In this document: positions 20,139-29,648 of the stretch, in pieces
How positions within the stretch are numbered: position 1 is the first letter of the stretch
Layout of the letters: each line of letters starts with the position of its first letter
Assembly (NCBI GenBank): GCA_049654745.1
Contig: JBASIK010000187.1
Coordinates: forward strand, 993-64,992
Source of the DNA: Bacteroidales bacterium
Lineage (GTDB): Bacteria; Bacteroidota; Bacteroidia; Bacteroidales; VadinHA17
DNA length: 64,000 nucleotides
Direction of reading: 5' to 3'
Position numbers and translations under genes: made by a program
Notes under the pieces: generated by a model
Seen by the model: only the letters and a program-made list of their open reading frames with translations
Told to the model about the DNA's origin: nothing
Database searches by the model: none

Positions 20139-21335
20139 ATGAATGAAGGCAAGCAGGAATATATAAGAATTGTTCTTAAATCAGGGAAAGATCAATCGGT
20201 TCGTAGATATCATCCCTGGGTTTTTTCGGGTGCTATTAAGAAGATTTATGGAACACCTGCCGAGGGTGATATTGTGGAAGTATACGATAACAAGGGAAAG
20301 TTCCTGGCAACAGGCCATTATCAGCCTGGTTCAATAGCTGTCAGGATTCTCTCATTTGAAAAAGTAATACCTGACCGGGATTTTTTCAGGAAGATGATTT
20401 CTTCAGCCATTGAATACAGGAAACAACTTGGCTATTTATCCGATCCCAACACAAATGTTTTCCGCCTGATTCATGCAGAAGGTGACAACCTGCCCGGACT
20501 GATAGCCGATTATTATAATGGTGTGGTCGTACTGCAGATGCATTCAACCGGAATGTACAGGATAAGAAATGAAATAGCAGAAATTATTTCGGAAATTCTT
20601 TCTGAACATGTACAGGCTGTGTACGACAAAAGTGAAGCGACAATTTCGTTTAAGTCAGATATTAGACCAGAAAACGGATTCATATCAGGAAGAGCAGAAC
20701 CTTCAATAGTACTTGAAAATGGTTATAAATTTTACGTCGACTGGGTTGCAGGTCAGAAAACAGGTTTTTTCATTGACCAGAGGGAAAACAGGAAGCTGGT
20801 GCAGCATTATTCATGCAATCGTGATGTCCTGAATCTGTTCGGGTACACTGGCAGCTTTTCAGTATATGCCATGAAAAATGCCCGTAGTGTTGATACAGTT
20901 GACAGTTCCGGTCCGGCATTAAAGATTGCCGATGAAAACATACGTTTGAATTACGGTGAGGATTCAAGGCATCACTCTTATGAAGCTGATGCATTTGAGT
21001 TTCTTGCTGGTTGCCGCGACAGGTATGATTTGATGATAATTGATCCTCCTGCTTTTGCAAAACATAATGATGTCCTTGCGAATGCACTTCAAGGTTATAA
21101 AAGGCTGAATATTAAAGCAATTGAGAATATAAGGCCTGGTGGAATAATTTTTACTTTTTCATGTTCTCAGGTAGTTTCAAAAGAGAATTTCAGAAAATCT
21201 GTTTTTGCAGCTGCTGCAAATACGGGAAGAAAAGTAAGAATTCTGCATCAACTTGGTCAACCGGCTGATCATCCAGTAAATATATATCATCCAGAGAGTG
21301 AATATCTTAAAGGGTTGGTACTTTATGTTGAATGA
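20139..21335 (+). CDS. rlmI: Class I SAM-dependent rRNA (cytosine-C5) methyltransferase, RlmI-like
   Basis: 398 aa with an N-terminal PUA-like region (HPWVFSGAI), GQKTGFFIDQREN and IIDPPAFAK. Confidence 0.8.
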   Translation: MNEGKQEYIRIVLKSGKDQSVRRYHPWVFSGAIKKIYGTPAEGDIVEVYDNKGKFLATGHYQPGSIAVRILSFEKVIPDRDFFRKMISSAIEYRKQLGYLSDPNTNVFRLIHAEGDNLPGLIADYYNGVVVLQMHSTGMYRIRNEIAEIISEILSEHVQAVYDKSEATISFKSDIRPENGFISGRAEPSIVLENGYKFYVDWVAGQKTGFFIDQRENRKLVQHYSCNRDVLNLFGYTGSFSVYAMKNARSVDTVDSSGPALKIADENIRLNYGEDSRHHSYEADAFEFLAGCRDRYDLMIIDPPAFAKHNDVLANALQGYKRLNIKAIENIRPGGIIFTFSCSQVVSKENFRKSVFAAAANTGRKVRILHQLGQPADHPVNIYHPESEYLKGLVLYVE

Positions 21336-21382
21336 AGATAGAGAGTAAGTATTGTTCTTTTTTTATGTGTGAGATTTTATAA

Positions 21383-21390
21383 TATGTTTG
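21383..21390 (+). promoter_or_regulatory. Candidate -7 box TAtgTTTG
   Basis: tatgtttg overlaps the first track start (TTG at 21388). This suggests the true tex start is a downstream ATG (21403 or 21412). Confidence 0.3.
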
Positions 21391-21402
21391 ATGTTGGATA
21401 AA

Positions 21403-23550
21403 ATGGCTGATATGAGTGCGGACAAGCATTTTGAATTTATTGCAAACAAACTCGGGCTGAAGGTATGGCAGGTCGAAAATACGATTCGGCTGATGGACGA
21501 CGGAGCAACTATACCTTTCATCAGCAGGTACAGAAAAGAATCGACAGGTAGCCTCGACGAAGTAACTCTCCTTAATATCAAGGATGAATATGCCCGTCTT
21601 AAGGAACTCGATAAACGGCGTGAAGCCATAATACGTTCAATAGAGGAACAGGGCAGGATGACACCAGAATTACGGCAGAGAATCGATGATGCTTTAACTC
21701 TGACAGAACTGGAGGATATTTACCTGCCTTACCGGCCCAAGCGCAGAACCCGTGCTACAATAGCCCGTGAAAAAGGCCTCGAGCCACTTGCACGTTTGAT
21801 TTATAAGCAGACTGAAAAGGATCCTGTTGCAAAAGCTGCAGAATTTCTTAACGAACAGGTGGCTAATGCTGATGAAGCAATATCAGGTGCGTGCGATATT
21901 ATTGCTGAATGGATAAGTGAAGATGAAGAGGCAAGAAAACAGATCAGAGAACTCTTCGAGAAAGAAGCAATCATTTATTCAAACGTTATAAAAGGAAAAG
22001 AGACAGAAGGAATAAAATACTCTGATTATTTTGACTGGTCTGAACCTCTGCGAAAGTGCCCCTCGCACCGCTACCTTGCAATGAGGAGAGGCGAGAATGA
22101 AGGCTACCTTAGACTTTCAATATTGCCCGATGATGAAAAAGCGCTCAGAATACTCGAAAATCTTTTTGTCAAAAACAATAACAAATGCTCATTGCTTGTA
22201 AGGGATACGATTCGCGACAGCTGGAAACGCCTTCTGGCACCATCTATCGAAAATGAATTCAGAAATATTGCAAAAGAGCGGGCAGATGATGAGGCAATTA
22301 AGGTATTTGCTGATAATCTGCGGCAATTACTTCTTGCACCACCACTTGGTGAAAAAAATGTACTTGCTATCGACCCCGGTTACAGAACAGGTTGTAAAAT
22401 TGTTTGCCTCGACAGACAGGGCAATCTCCTTCATAATGAAACCATCTATCCTCATCCTCCACAGAATCAAACAGCTCTTTCAATTAAAAAAATAGTTAAC
22501 CTGGTAAATTCATATAAAATAGAAGCCATTGCCATTGGAAATGGAACAGCGAGCCGTGAAACAGAAGAACTTATCAGATGGATTAAATTTGACCGGGATA
22601 TTCAGGTTTTTGTAGTTAATGAAGCGGGAGCTTCTGTATACTCAGCATCTAAAACTGCAAGGGAAGAATTTCCTGAATATGATGTGACGGTAAGAGGTGC
22701 CGTCTCAATTGGCAGACGACTGATGGATCCGCTTGCAGAACTGGTCAAAATCGAACCTAAGTCAATCGGAGTGGGGCAGTATCAGCACGATGTTGACCAG
22801 ACAAAACTTCAGAATGCCCTCGACGATGTTGTTGTAAGCTGCGTAAATGCTGTGGGAGTTGAACTCAATACTGCCAGTCCTCATCTTCTTACCTATGTTT
22901 CGGGACTGGGACCGCAGTTAGCTAAAAATATAGTTGAATACCGGACTCAAAACGGACCTTTCAGGTCGAGGATGGAGCTACTCAACGTCAAGAGGATGGG
23001 GGAGAAGGCATTTGAGCAGTGCGCAGGATTTTTGAGGATCAGAGGTGCTGAAAACCCACTCGACGCCAGCGCAGTCCACCCCGAAAGTTATCATATAGTC
23101 GAGAAAATGGCAGCCGACCTGGGAGTGAAGGTTGCAGACCTCATGTCAAGCGAAGAGCTGAGGAAGAAAATCAGAATAGAAGACTACGTGACCGATAAGG
23201 CCGGTCTTCCTACATTGATGGATATAATGGAAGAACTTGCCCGCCCCGGGCGCGACCCGCGACCCAGAATCAAGGAATTCAGATTTGCAGATATTCATTC
23301 AATTGAGGATGTCAAAGAAGGTATGATAGTCCCCGGTATTGTTACAAATATTACAAAATTCGGAGTCTTTGTGGATATCGGAGTCAAACAGGACGGGCTT
23401 GTCCATATTTCAAACCTCACAAAAGGATTCGTCAAAGACCCCTCCCAGGTGGTGAAGCTTCACCAGCATGTGATGGTGAAAGTTATCGGAGTAGATCTCG
23501 AACGAAACAGAATTCAACTGTCAATGAAAGACTTACTTGCAGAAAGGTAA
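21403..23550 (+). CDS. tex: Tex-like RNA-binding transcription accessory protein (S1 domain)
   Basis: Track ORF 21388..23550. Contains PFISRYRKESTG, a YqgF/RuvC-like domain, HhH motifs and a C-terminal S1 domain (GIVTNITKFGVFVDIG). The start is uncertain by about 25 nt. Confidence 0.9.
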   Translation: MADMSADKHFEFIANKLGLKVWQVENTIRLMDDGATIPFISRYRKESTGSLDEVTLLNIKDEYARLKELDKRREAIIRSIEEQGRMTPELRQRIDDALTLTELEDIYLPYRPKRRTRATIAREKGLEPLARLIYKQTEKDPVAKAAEFLNEQVANADEAISGACDIIAEWISEDEEARKQIRELFEKEAIIYSNVIKGKETEGIKYSDYFDWSEPLRKCPSHRYLAMRRGENEGYLRLSILPDDEKALRILENLFVKNNNKCSLLVRDTIRDSWKRLLAPSIENEFRNIAKERADDEAIKVFADNLRQLLLAPPLGEKNVLAIDPGYRTGCKIVCLDRQGNLLHNETIYPHPPQNQTALSIKKIVNLVNSYKIEAIAIGNGTASRETEELIRWIKFDRDIQVFVVNEAGASVYSASKTAREEFPEYDVTVRGAVSIGRRLMDPLAELVKIEPKSIGVGQYQHDVDQTKLQNALDDVVVSCVNAVGVELNTASPHLLTYVSGLGPQLAKNIVEYRTQNGPFRSRMELLNVKRMGEKAFEQCAGFLRIRGAENPLDASAVHPESYHIVEKMAADLGVKVADLMSSEELRKKIRIEDYVTDKAGLPTLMDIMEELARPGRDPRPRIKEFRFADIHSIEDVKEGMIVPGIVTNITKFGVFVDIGVKQDGLVHISNLTKGFVKDPSQVVKLHQHVMVKVIGVDLERNRIQLSMKDLLAER

Positions 23551-23561
23551 AGCCTTATATC

Positions 23562-23879
23562 TTATCTGTTCTGCCTGTCGTGCTTTTGCCTGGCTATATG
23601 ACGGCTTGCCCTGTTCTGCTCGCGCCTTAAAAATCTTTTTTCACGTGGCGTAACCTGCCCATCAGCTTGAGCTAACTTCTTTTCTATCTGTATCTTTCTC
23701 TGTTCTCTCTTAAGCAATCTTGCTTCCCGTCTTGTAAGCTCACCGCTTTTTATCCCTTCATTAATACGTTCCTGCTGCACACCCTGGCGTGCACTGTTTG
23801 AGACAGTTCCTCTCTGAGCCAAAAGCATTGAAGATGAAAAAGCTAAAATCATTATTGCTGTTAATACTATCCTTTTCAT
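23562..23879 (-). CDS. Small secreted, highly basic protein with an internal duplication
   Basis: 105 aa with a signal peptide. Two related segments: GELTRREARLLKREQRKIQ and GQVTPREKRFLRREQNRAS. Confidence 0.5.
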   Translation of the reverse strand: MKRIVLTAIMILAFSSSMLLAQRGTVSNSARQGVQQERINEGIKSGELTRREARLLKREQRKIQIEKKLAQADGQVTPREKRFLRREQNRASRHIARQKHDRQNR

Positions 23880-23957
23880 ATTTATTTTTATTATTATTGT
23901 TTCTGCTTATTTGATGGCTGATTTGAATAAAAGTTTAAAAACGTTTAAAAGATTCTT

Positions 23958-26099
23958 ATGAAAAAGACTATCTGCCTGCTTTTTTTTGTTGCCGCAGCAA
24001 TAACCTTTGCCTGTGTTTCAGAAAATAAAATCAAACCTCCAGTTGCAGAAAAGATCCCCCATGAGGTTTACGACGGAAGAATAGATAACTATTACTGGAT
24101 AAGGCTTACAGATGAACAGAAAAGCTCCACCCAGCCCGACGAACAAACAAAGAAAGTCCTGGATCACCTCGAAGCTGAAAATGAATATGGCAGGGCTGTT
24201 CTTAAACATACAGAAGAACTTCAGAAAAAAATATACGATGAACTGATTGGCAGAATGAAGCAAAATGATGAGACTGTGCCATATTTTGACAACGGTTATT
24301 ACTATTATACAAAATATTACGAAGGAAAGGAATACCCTGTATACTGCCGGAAGAAAGAGTCATTAAGCGCTCCGGAGGAAATAATTCTTGATGTTAACAG
24401 GATAGCTGAAGGTAAAAGTTATTGTTCAGTATCCGGGTTAGCAGTAAGTCCGGATAATGGAATATTGGCTTATGGAGCCGATTTCCTGAGCAGGCGGAAA
24501 TATACAATCTATTTTGTCGATATAAAAACCGGAACCCTTCTGCCCGATATAATCGAAAATACTTCAGGAAATATAGTATGGGCAAACGACAGCAAACATC
24601 TCTTCTATACAGTAAGAAATCCCCTTACACTCAGGGCTGAAAAGGTGATGAGGCACCGGCTTGCCACACTTGTTTCGGACGACCACGAAGTCTATTTTGA
24701 GCCCGATGAGACTTTCAGCGTTTATATCAACCGCACAAAGAGCAGAAAGTATATACTGATCAACTCAACTCAAACTCTTTCAACCGAAGTAAGATATATC
24801 AACTCTTCTAAACCTGAAAGCCAGCCCGTTGTATTTGAACCGAGACAAAGAAATCATGAATACAGTGTCGACCATTTAGGAAATGAATTTTACATAAGAA
24901 CAAATGCCGACAGCGCATACAATTTCAAATTAATGAAAACATCCGAAAAGAATACCGGAAAAGAAAACTGGATTGACGTTGTACCACACCGAAAGGATGT
25001 TTTATTCGAAGAATTTGAATTATTTAACAACTTTATTGTACTAAATGAGAGAATTAAAGGACTGAGCACTTTAAGGATCCTGAACAAAACTGATAACAGC
25101 GACCATTATATAAATTTCGGTGAAGAAACATATACCTGCAGCATAAATATCAATCCTGATCCCGCTTCGTCTGTTCTCAGGTATAGTTACTCATCTCTTA
25201 CGACTCCCAACTCTGTTTATGATTACGACATGATTACCCGGGAAAAGAAACTGATGAAGCAGGATGAGGTACTGGGAGGCTTTGATCCGGCGAATTATGA
25301 ATCGAAGCGGTTATGGGCAAGGGCTGCCGACAGCACGATGATACCCATTTCGCTTGTGTACAGGAAAGGATTTGCACGAAACGGTAAAGCACCATTACTG
25401 CTTTATGGCTATGGGGCTTACGGCAATTCAACCGAACCCTCATTCAGGCCTAATATCATTAGTCTGCTCGACAGAGGTTTTGTGTTTGCCATAGCACATG
25501 TAAGGGGAGGAAGTGAAATGGGAAGGTACTGGTACGAAGATGGAAAACTTTTAAAGAAGAAAAACACATTTACTGATTTTAATGATTGTGCACAATATCT
25601 TGTTAATGAGAAATATACCAGTCCTGACAGGCTCTTTGCTCAGGGTGGAAGTGCGGGTGGCCTGTTGATAGGAGCAGTAATAAACATGCGCCCTGATTTG
25701 TACAAAGGTGTGATTGCAGCTGTACCATTTGTCGATATTGTTACCACGATGCTTGACCCGACAATACCCCTTACGACATTTGAATGGGACGAGTGGGGAG
25801 ATCCCAGAAAGAAAGAGTACTACGATTATATGCTCTCATATTCACCTTACGATCAGGTCAAAAAGCAAAAATACCCGAATATTATAGTAACGACAGGTTT
25901 CTGGGATTCACAGGTTCAGTACTGGGAACCGGTAAAATGGGTGGCAAAACTCAGGGAAATGAACACCGGTAACAGTCTGATAGTTATGGATATAAATATG
26001 ACGGCAGGTCATAGCGGTGCTTCAGGGCGTTTCGAAAGAAACCGTGTTACTGCCCTGCAGTATGCCTTTATTCTTGACCTGGCAGGAATAAGAGAATAA
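23958..26099 (+). CDS. ptrB: S9A prolyl oligopeptidase family protease, oligopeptidase B-like
   Basis: 713 aa with a signal/lipoprotein N-terminus, a beta-propeller region and a catalytic domain containing GGSAGGLL. Confidence 0.85.
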   Translation: MKKTICLLFFVAAAITFACVSENKIKPPVAEKIPHEVYDGRIDNYYWIRLTDEQKSSTQPDEQTKKVLDHLEAENEYGRAVLKHTEELQKKIYDELIGRMKQNDETVPYFDNGYYYYTKYYEGKEYPVYCRKKESLSAPEEIILDVNRIAEGKSYCSVSGLAVSPDNGILAYGADFLSRRKYTIYFVDIKTGTLLPDIIENTSGNIVWANDSKHLFYTVRNPLTLRAEKVMRHRLATLVSDDHEVYFEPDETFSVYINRTKSRKYILINSTQTLSTEVRYINSSKPESQPVVFEPRQRNHEYSVDHLGNEFYIRTNADSAYNFKLMKTSEKNTGKENWIDVVPHRKDVLFEEFELFNNFIVLNERIKGLSTLRILNKTDNSDHYINFGEETYTCSININPDPASSVLRYSYSSLTTPNSVYDYDMITREKKLMKQDEVLGGFDPANYESKRLWARAADSTMIPISLVYRKGFARNGKAPLLLYGYGAYGNSTEPSFRPNIISLLDRGFVFAIAHVRGGSEMGRYWYEDGKLLKKKNTFTDFNDCAQYLVNEKYTSPDRLFAQGGSAGGLLIGAVINMRPDLYKGVIAAVPFVDIVTTMLDPTIPLTTFEWDEWGDPRKKEYYDYMLSYSPYDQVKKQKYPNIIVTTGFWDSQVQYWEPVKWVAKLREMNTGNSLIVMDINMTAGHSGASGRFERNRVTALQYAFILDLAGIRE

Positions 26100-26114
26100 A
26101 ATATCTCAAATTTT

Positions 26115-27884
26115 ATGATGGGGCGATTTTTACTTTTTTGGACTTTAATTTTTTCTGTATCATGCACCAATCAATCTCATAATCTGCTGGTTGAGGCGGA
26201 AAGCTTTGAAGATACAGGCGGTTGGGTTGTCGATCCCCAATTCACCGAGCAGATGGGTTCACCATATCTGCTGGCACATGGACTCGGGAATCCTGTAAAA
26301 AATGCTTCAACAAGGATTTCTCTACCCTCTCCTGGCAGATATTATATATGGGTAAGAACGAGAGACTGGGCACCAGGTAAATGGGAATCTCCGGGAAGAT
26401 TTAAACTTTCAGTAAACGGAAAAGAACTGAAAAGAACACTGGGAACCGGTAAAGGCAACTGGTCATGGCAATATGCTGGAAAAGTAAAGATTAAAACTCC
26501 GGAAGTAAGGATTGAGCTGAGGGACTTAACAGGCTTTGACGGAAGATGCGATGCTGTTTATTTGAGTACAATAATGGAACCGCCGCCTGAAGAGCTGGAA
26601 GAACTTAATTTCTGGAGAATGAGGATAAAAGGGGAAGATCCTTCAAAAGCCGAAAAATTGTATTATAATCTGGTTGTTGTTGGCGGTGGAATTGCAGGGT
26701 GTGCTGCATCAATTGCTGCAGCAGAGCAGGGGCTGAAAGTAGCACTGATACACGACAGGCCAGTACTGGGCGGGAATGCAAGCAGCGAAATCAGAGTACA
26801 TACTGAAGGTATCACATGGAAAGCCGACAGAATTCTGAGAATGATTAATACCGTTCACTGGCCGAATGGTTCCCCTGAATCAGTAATTGATGACCAGAAA
26901 AGACATGAGAATATCTCCCGCTATAATAATATATCATTATTTCTCAACTGGCGTGCATTTTATGTTACAACTGTCAGAGATTCAATAACATCTGTATATG
27001 CTCGTCATACTTCATCAGGTGAAATCAAACAGTTTTGTGCACCGGTATATATTGATTGTACAGGTGATGGCTGGATAGGGTACTGGGCAGGTGCTGATTA
27101 TATGTACGGAAGGGAGGATTCTTCCATGTATGGTGAAAACTGGGAAAAATATGGTGAGTTATGGAGCCCTGAAAGAGCGGATAACAAGGTAATGGGTGCC
27201 TCTTTACTCTGGAGGTCAGCTGATGCTGGTAAGCCGGTTGAATTTCCGGAAGTGCCTTGGGCAATAGACATTGCCGGAAGCCATTCTGCAACTTCAGGGA
27301 CATGGCAATGGGAATTTTCATCAGACACCCTGCATCAGATTGATGATGCCGAAAATATAAGAGACTATCTGCTTAAAGCAATTTACGGCTCATTTTATAA
27401 TGCAAAGAAAAAACCTGAAAACAAAAACCTTGAACTCGAATGGGCTGGATATTTATTGGGTAAGAGGGAATCGAGGAGACTGGTGGGGGATTATATCTAT
27501 ACTTTCAGAGATGAAAAAGAAATGAGAGAATTCCCCGATGCTGTGGCTATGGAAACAAGAAACATTGATGTGCATTACCAGCAGAAAGAACTGGATCCTG
27601 CCCGCCCAGCATTTCTTTCAGAAGCACTATATTATAAGGTTGACCATTATTATATACCATTCAGGAGTCTTTACTCACGAAATATTAAAAACCTTATGAT
27701 GGCTGGAAGATGCTTCAGCTGTTCACATGTCGGTCTAGGAGGCCCACGTGTAATGCATACTACAGGCCAGATGGGTGTAGCAACAGGTTATGCCGCATCA
27801 CTATGCTTAAAGTATAATGCCACTCCCAGGGAAATATATTTTAACCATATAGAGGAGCTTAAAAAACTTGTATGTGGTAAATAA
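26115..27884 (+). CDS. FAD-dependent oxidoreductase with an N-terminal about 160-aa beta-rich (CBM-like) domain
   Basis: 589 aa with a signal peptide and a dinucleotide fold VVVGGGIAGCAASIAAAEQGLKVALIHDRPVLGGN. Confidence 0.7.
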   Translation: MMGRFLLFWTLIFSVSCTNQSHNLLVEAESFEDTGGWVVDPQFTEQMGSPYLLAHGLGNPVKNASTRISLPSPGRYYIWVRTRDWAPGKWESPGRFKLSVNGKELKRTLGTGKGNWSWQYAGKVKIKTPEVRIELRDLTGFDGRCDAVYLSTIMEPPPEELEELNFWRMRIKGEDPSKAEKLYYNLVVVGGGIAGCAASIAAAEQGLKVALIHDRPVLGGNASSEIRVHTEGITWKADRILRMINTVHWPNGSPESVIDDQKRHENISRYNNISLFLNWRAFYVTTVRDSITSVYARHTSSGEIKQFCAPVYIDCTGDGWIGYWAGADYMYGREDSSMYGENWEKYGELWSPERADNKVMGASLLWRSADAGKPVEFPEVPWAIDIAGSHSATSGTWQWEFSSDTLHQIDDAENIRDYLLKAIYGSFYNAKKKPENKNLELEWAGYLLGKRESRRLVGDYIYTFRDEKEMREFPDAVAMETRNIDVHYQQKELDPARPAFLSEALYYKVDHYYIPFRSLYSRNIKNLMMAGRCFSCSHVGLGGPRVMHTTGQMGVATGYAASLCLKYNATPREIYFNHIEELKKLVCGK

Positions 27885-27886
27885 GA

Positions 27887-27917
27887 AAGTGGCGCACCAT
27901 ATAATTGTACGCCACTT
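27887..27917. terminator. Hairpin between convergent genes (possible bidirectional terminator)
   Basis: AAGTGGCG-15 nt-CGCCACTT, with a T-run downstream on the plus strand and T-rich sequence on the minus side. Confidence 0.45.
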
Positions 27918-27941
27918 CCAGAAAAATATTTTTTTATAATA

Positions 27942-29519
27942 TCAGAACCCAAATGGAGGTCCTCCTGCTCCAGGAGCCCTTTGACTCTGAGGCATCTCTG
28001 GTTTCCTTGGTAATTTTACATCCCTCTGTGCAGCAAACCATGCAAAAGCTGCTGTAATTATGGCATTGTGTCTCAGGTCACTGAATACCAGCCTTTCATA
28101 CGTATCCATCACCGTATGGTAACCCCTGCCGTATTCTAGAGGATCCTGTATGAACTGAAATGCCGGTAAACCTGCACTATCAAATGAAAGATGATCTGTA
28201 CCACTTGTATTTCTAATTGTTATTGTAGAACAGCCCATATCTGCAAACGGTTTCAGCCATTCCTCAAAAACAGGTCTGAGGAGTTCGTTCGACTGCAGAT
28301 AAATACCTCTATATTTCCCTGAACCATTATCCATATTGAAATAACCTGCAAATTTGTTCCAGTCGGGCTTTTTTGCTCGGGTCTGTGGATCCATAAGGTA
28401 TTTTTCGACATAACCGCGTGAACCGTTCAGACCCTGTTCTTCACCGCCCCATAATGCAATTCTGATAGTGCGGCGCGGCTGTGCATTGAGAGCCTTGAGT
28501 ATCCTCATAGCCTCAAGCATAACAATACATCCAGAGGCATTATCAGCAGCACCTGTGCCTCCATGCCACGAATCAATATGTGCACCTATCAGTACCACCT
28601 CATCCTTCAAAAGTTTATCCGTGCCCGGTATCTCACCTATAACATTGTAGATTTTGGGACTTTCGAAAAACCTGTTTTTTATTTCAACCTCCATCACTAC
28701 CGGTACATTATGATTTATAAGCCTGACCATTCTTCCGTATGCTTCTATAGGTATGTTGAGCTGGGGGGTAGGTTCAGGATCACCCCACCGGTAATTCGCT
28801 CCGTTCGAACGTGGCACGTTGAAAGTTCCTGCATTGTTGATAATTACTGCAACGCCCTCATTCTTAATTAGTTCCTGAATCTTGTTCTGAAGTTCCCTCT
28901 GTGCCATAAGCTGGGCAATGTCACCCTGAGGCCTTCTGCCACCCTGAGGACCCCCGGCAGCCATAGATAATTCTTTAAGCTGCTCATCGGTATAACGTGT
29001 TGCCAGCGGATTAAAACTCATCTCATAAGTTGTGGTTGAAGGCATCAATACTATCTTTCCGGCAAGCTTGCCCTTAAACTTCTCAAGGTCAGCCTCATTC
29101 TGAACATTTAGTAAAACTACTTCACTTCTTACCAACCCATTCGTGCTGCCGGTCCAGGCAACCGGATTACAGGCAAAATTCACATAGTATGGTTCAACCA
29201 TTGCTGCATAAGTCTTCAAATTGTCCCAGCCTCCACGTGTGAAATCCCTTGCTTCTTCAATCCTTACATTCTGAAGACCAATCTCTTCCATCTTCTTTTT
29301 TGCCCATTCGTTTCCACGTGCAGAACCTGTAGAACCAGTTAGCCTGGGACCAGCATAATCAGTCAAACCAAAAGCAAATTCTTCAATTGAATTACTTCTC
29401 GAACCTTCCTGCTTGATCTTATAGACCATCGCAAGGTCTAACTTCTCACTTTGTGCATATAGCACATATGGAAGAAACAGCAACAGGATCAGTCCTGTAC
29501 GAAATTTTTGCAGTTTCAT
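27942..29519 (-). CDS. M28 family metallopeptidase with PA domain
   Basis: 525 aa with a signal peptide, HIDSWHGGTGAADNASG and a GGEEQGLNGS zinc-ligand context. Confidence 0.8.
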   Translation of the reverse strand: MKLQKFRTGLILLLFLPYVLYAQSEKLDLAMVYKIKQEGSRSNSIEEFAFGLTDYAGPRLTGSTGSARGNEWAKKKMEEIGLQNVRIEEARDFTRGGWDNLKTYAAMVEPYYVNFACNPVAWTGSTNGLVRSEVVLLNVQNEADLEKFKGKLAGKIVLMPSTTTYEMSFNPLATRYTDEQLKELSMAAGGPQGGRRPQGDIAQLMAQRELQNKIQELIKNEGVAVIINNAGTFNVPRSNGANYRWGDPEPTPQLNIPIEAYGRMVRLINHNVPVVMEVEIKNRFFESPKIYNVIGEIPGTDKLLKDEVVLIGAHIDSWHGGTGAADNASGCIVMLEAMRILKALNAQPRRTIRIALWGGEEQGLNGSRGYVEKYLMDPQTRAKKPDWNKFAGYFNMDNGSGKYRGIYLQSNELLRPVFEEWLKPFADMGCSTITIRNTSGTDHLSFDSAGLPAFQFIQDPLEYGRGYHTVMDTYERLVFSDLRHNAIITAAFAWFAAQRDVKLPRKPEMPQSQRAPGAGGPPFGF

Positions 29520-29619
29520 CTTTTTTATTTGTTTTAAGTTTTAATTATTGTGCTTAAAAGTATGTAAAATTATAAGTTGTGTAACTGGTGCATTTAAATA
29601 AATTAACATTAATTAACTT

Positions 29620-29627
29620 TACTTTTG
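29620..29627 (+). promoter_or_regulatory. Candidate -7 box TActTTTG
   Basis: tacttttg, 22 nt upstream of the ATG at 29649. It overlaps the TTG used by the track ORF. Confidence 0.4.
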
Positions 29628-29648
29628 CAGCGAGCATCTGAGTTTATT

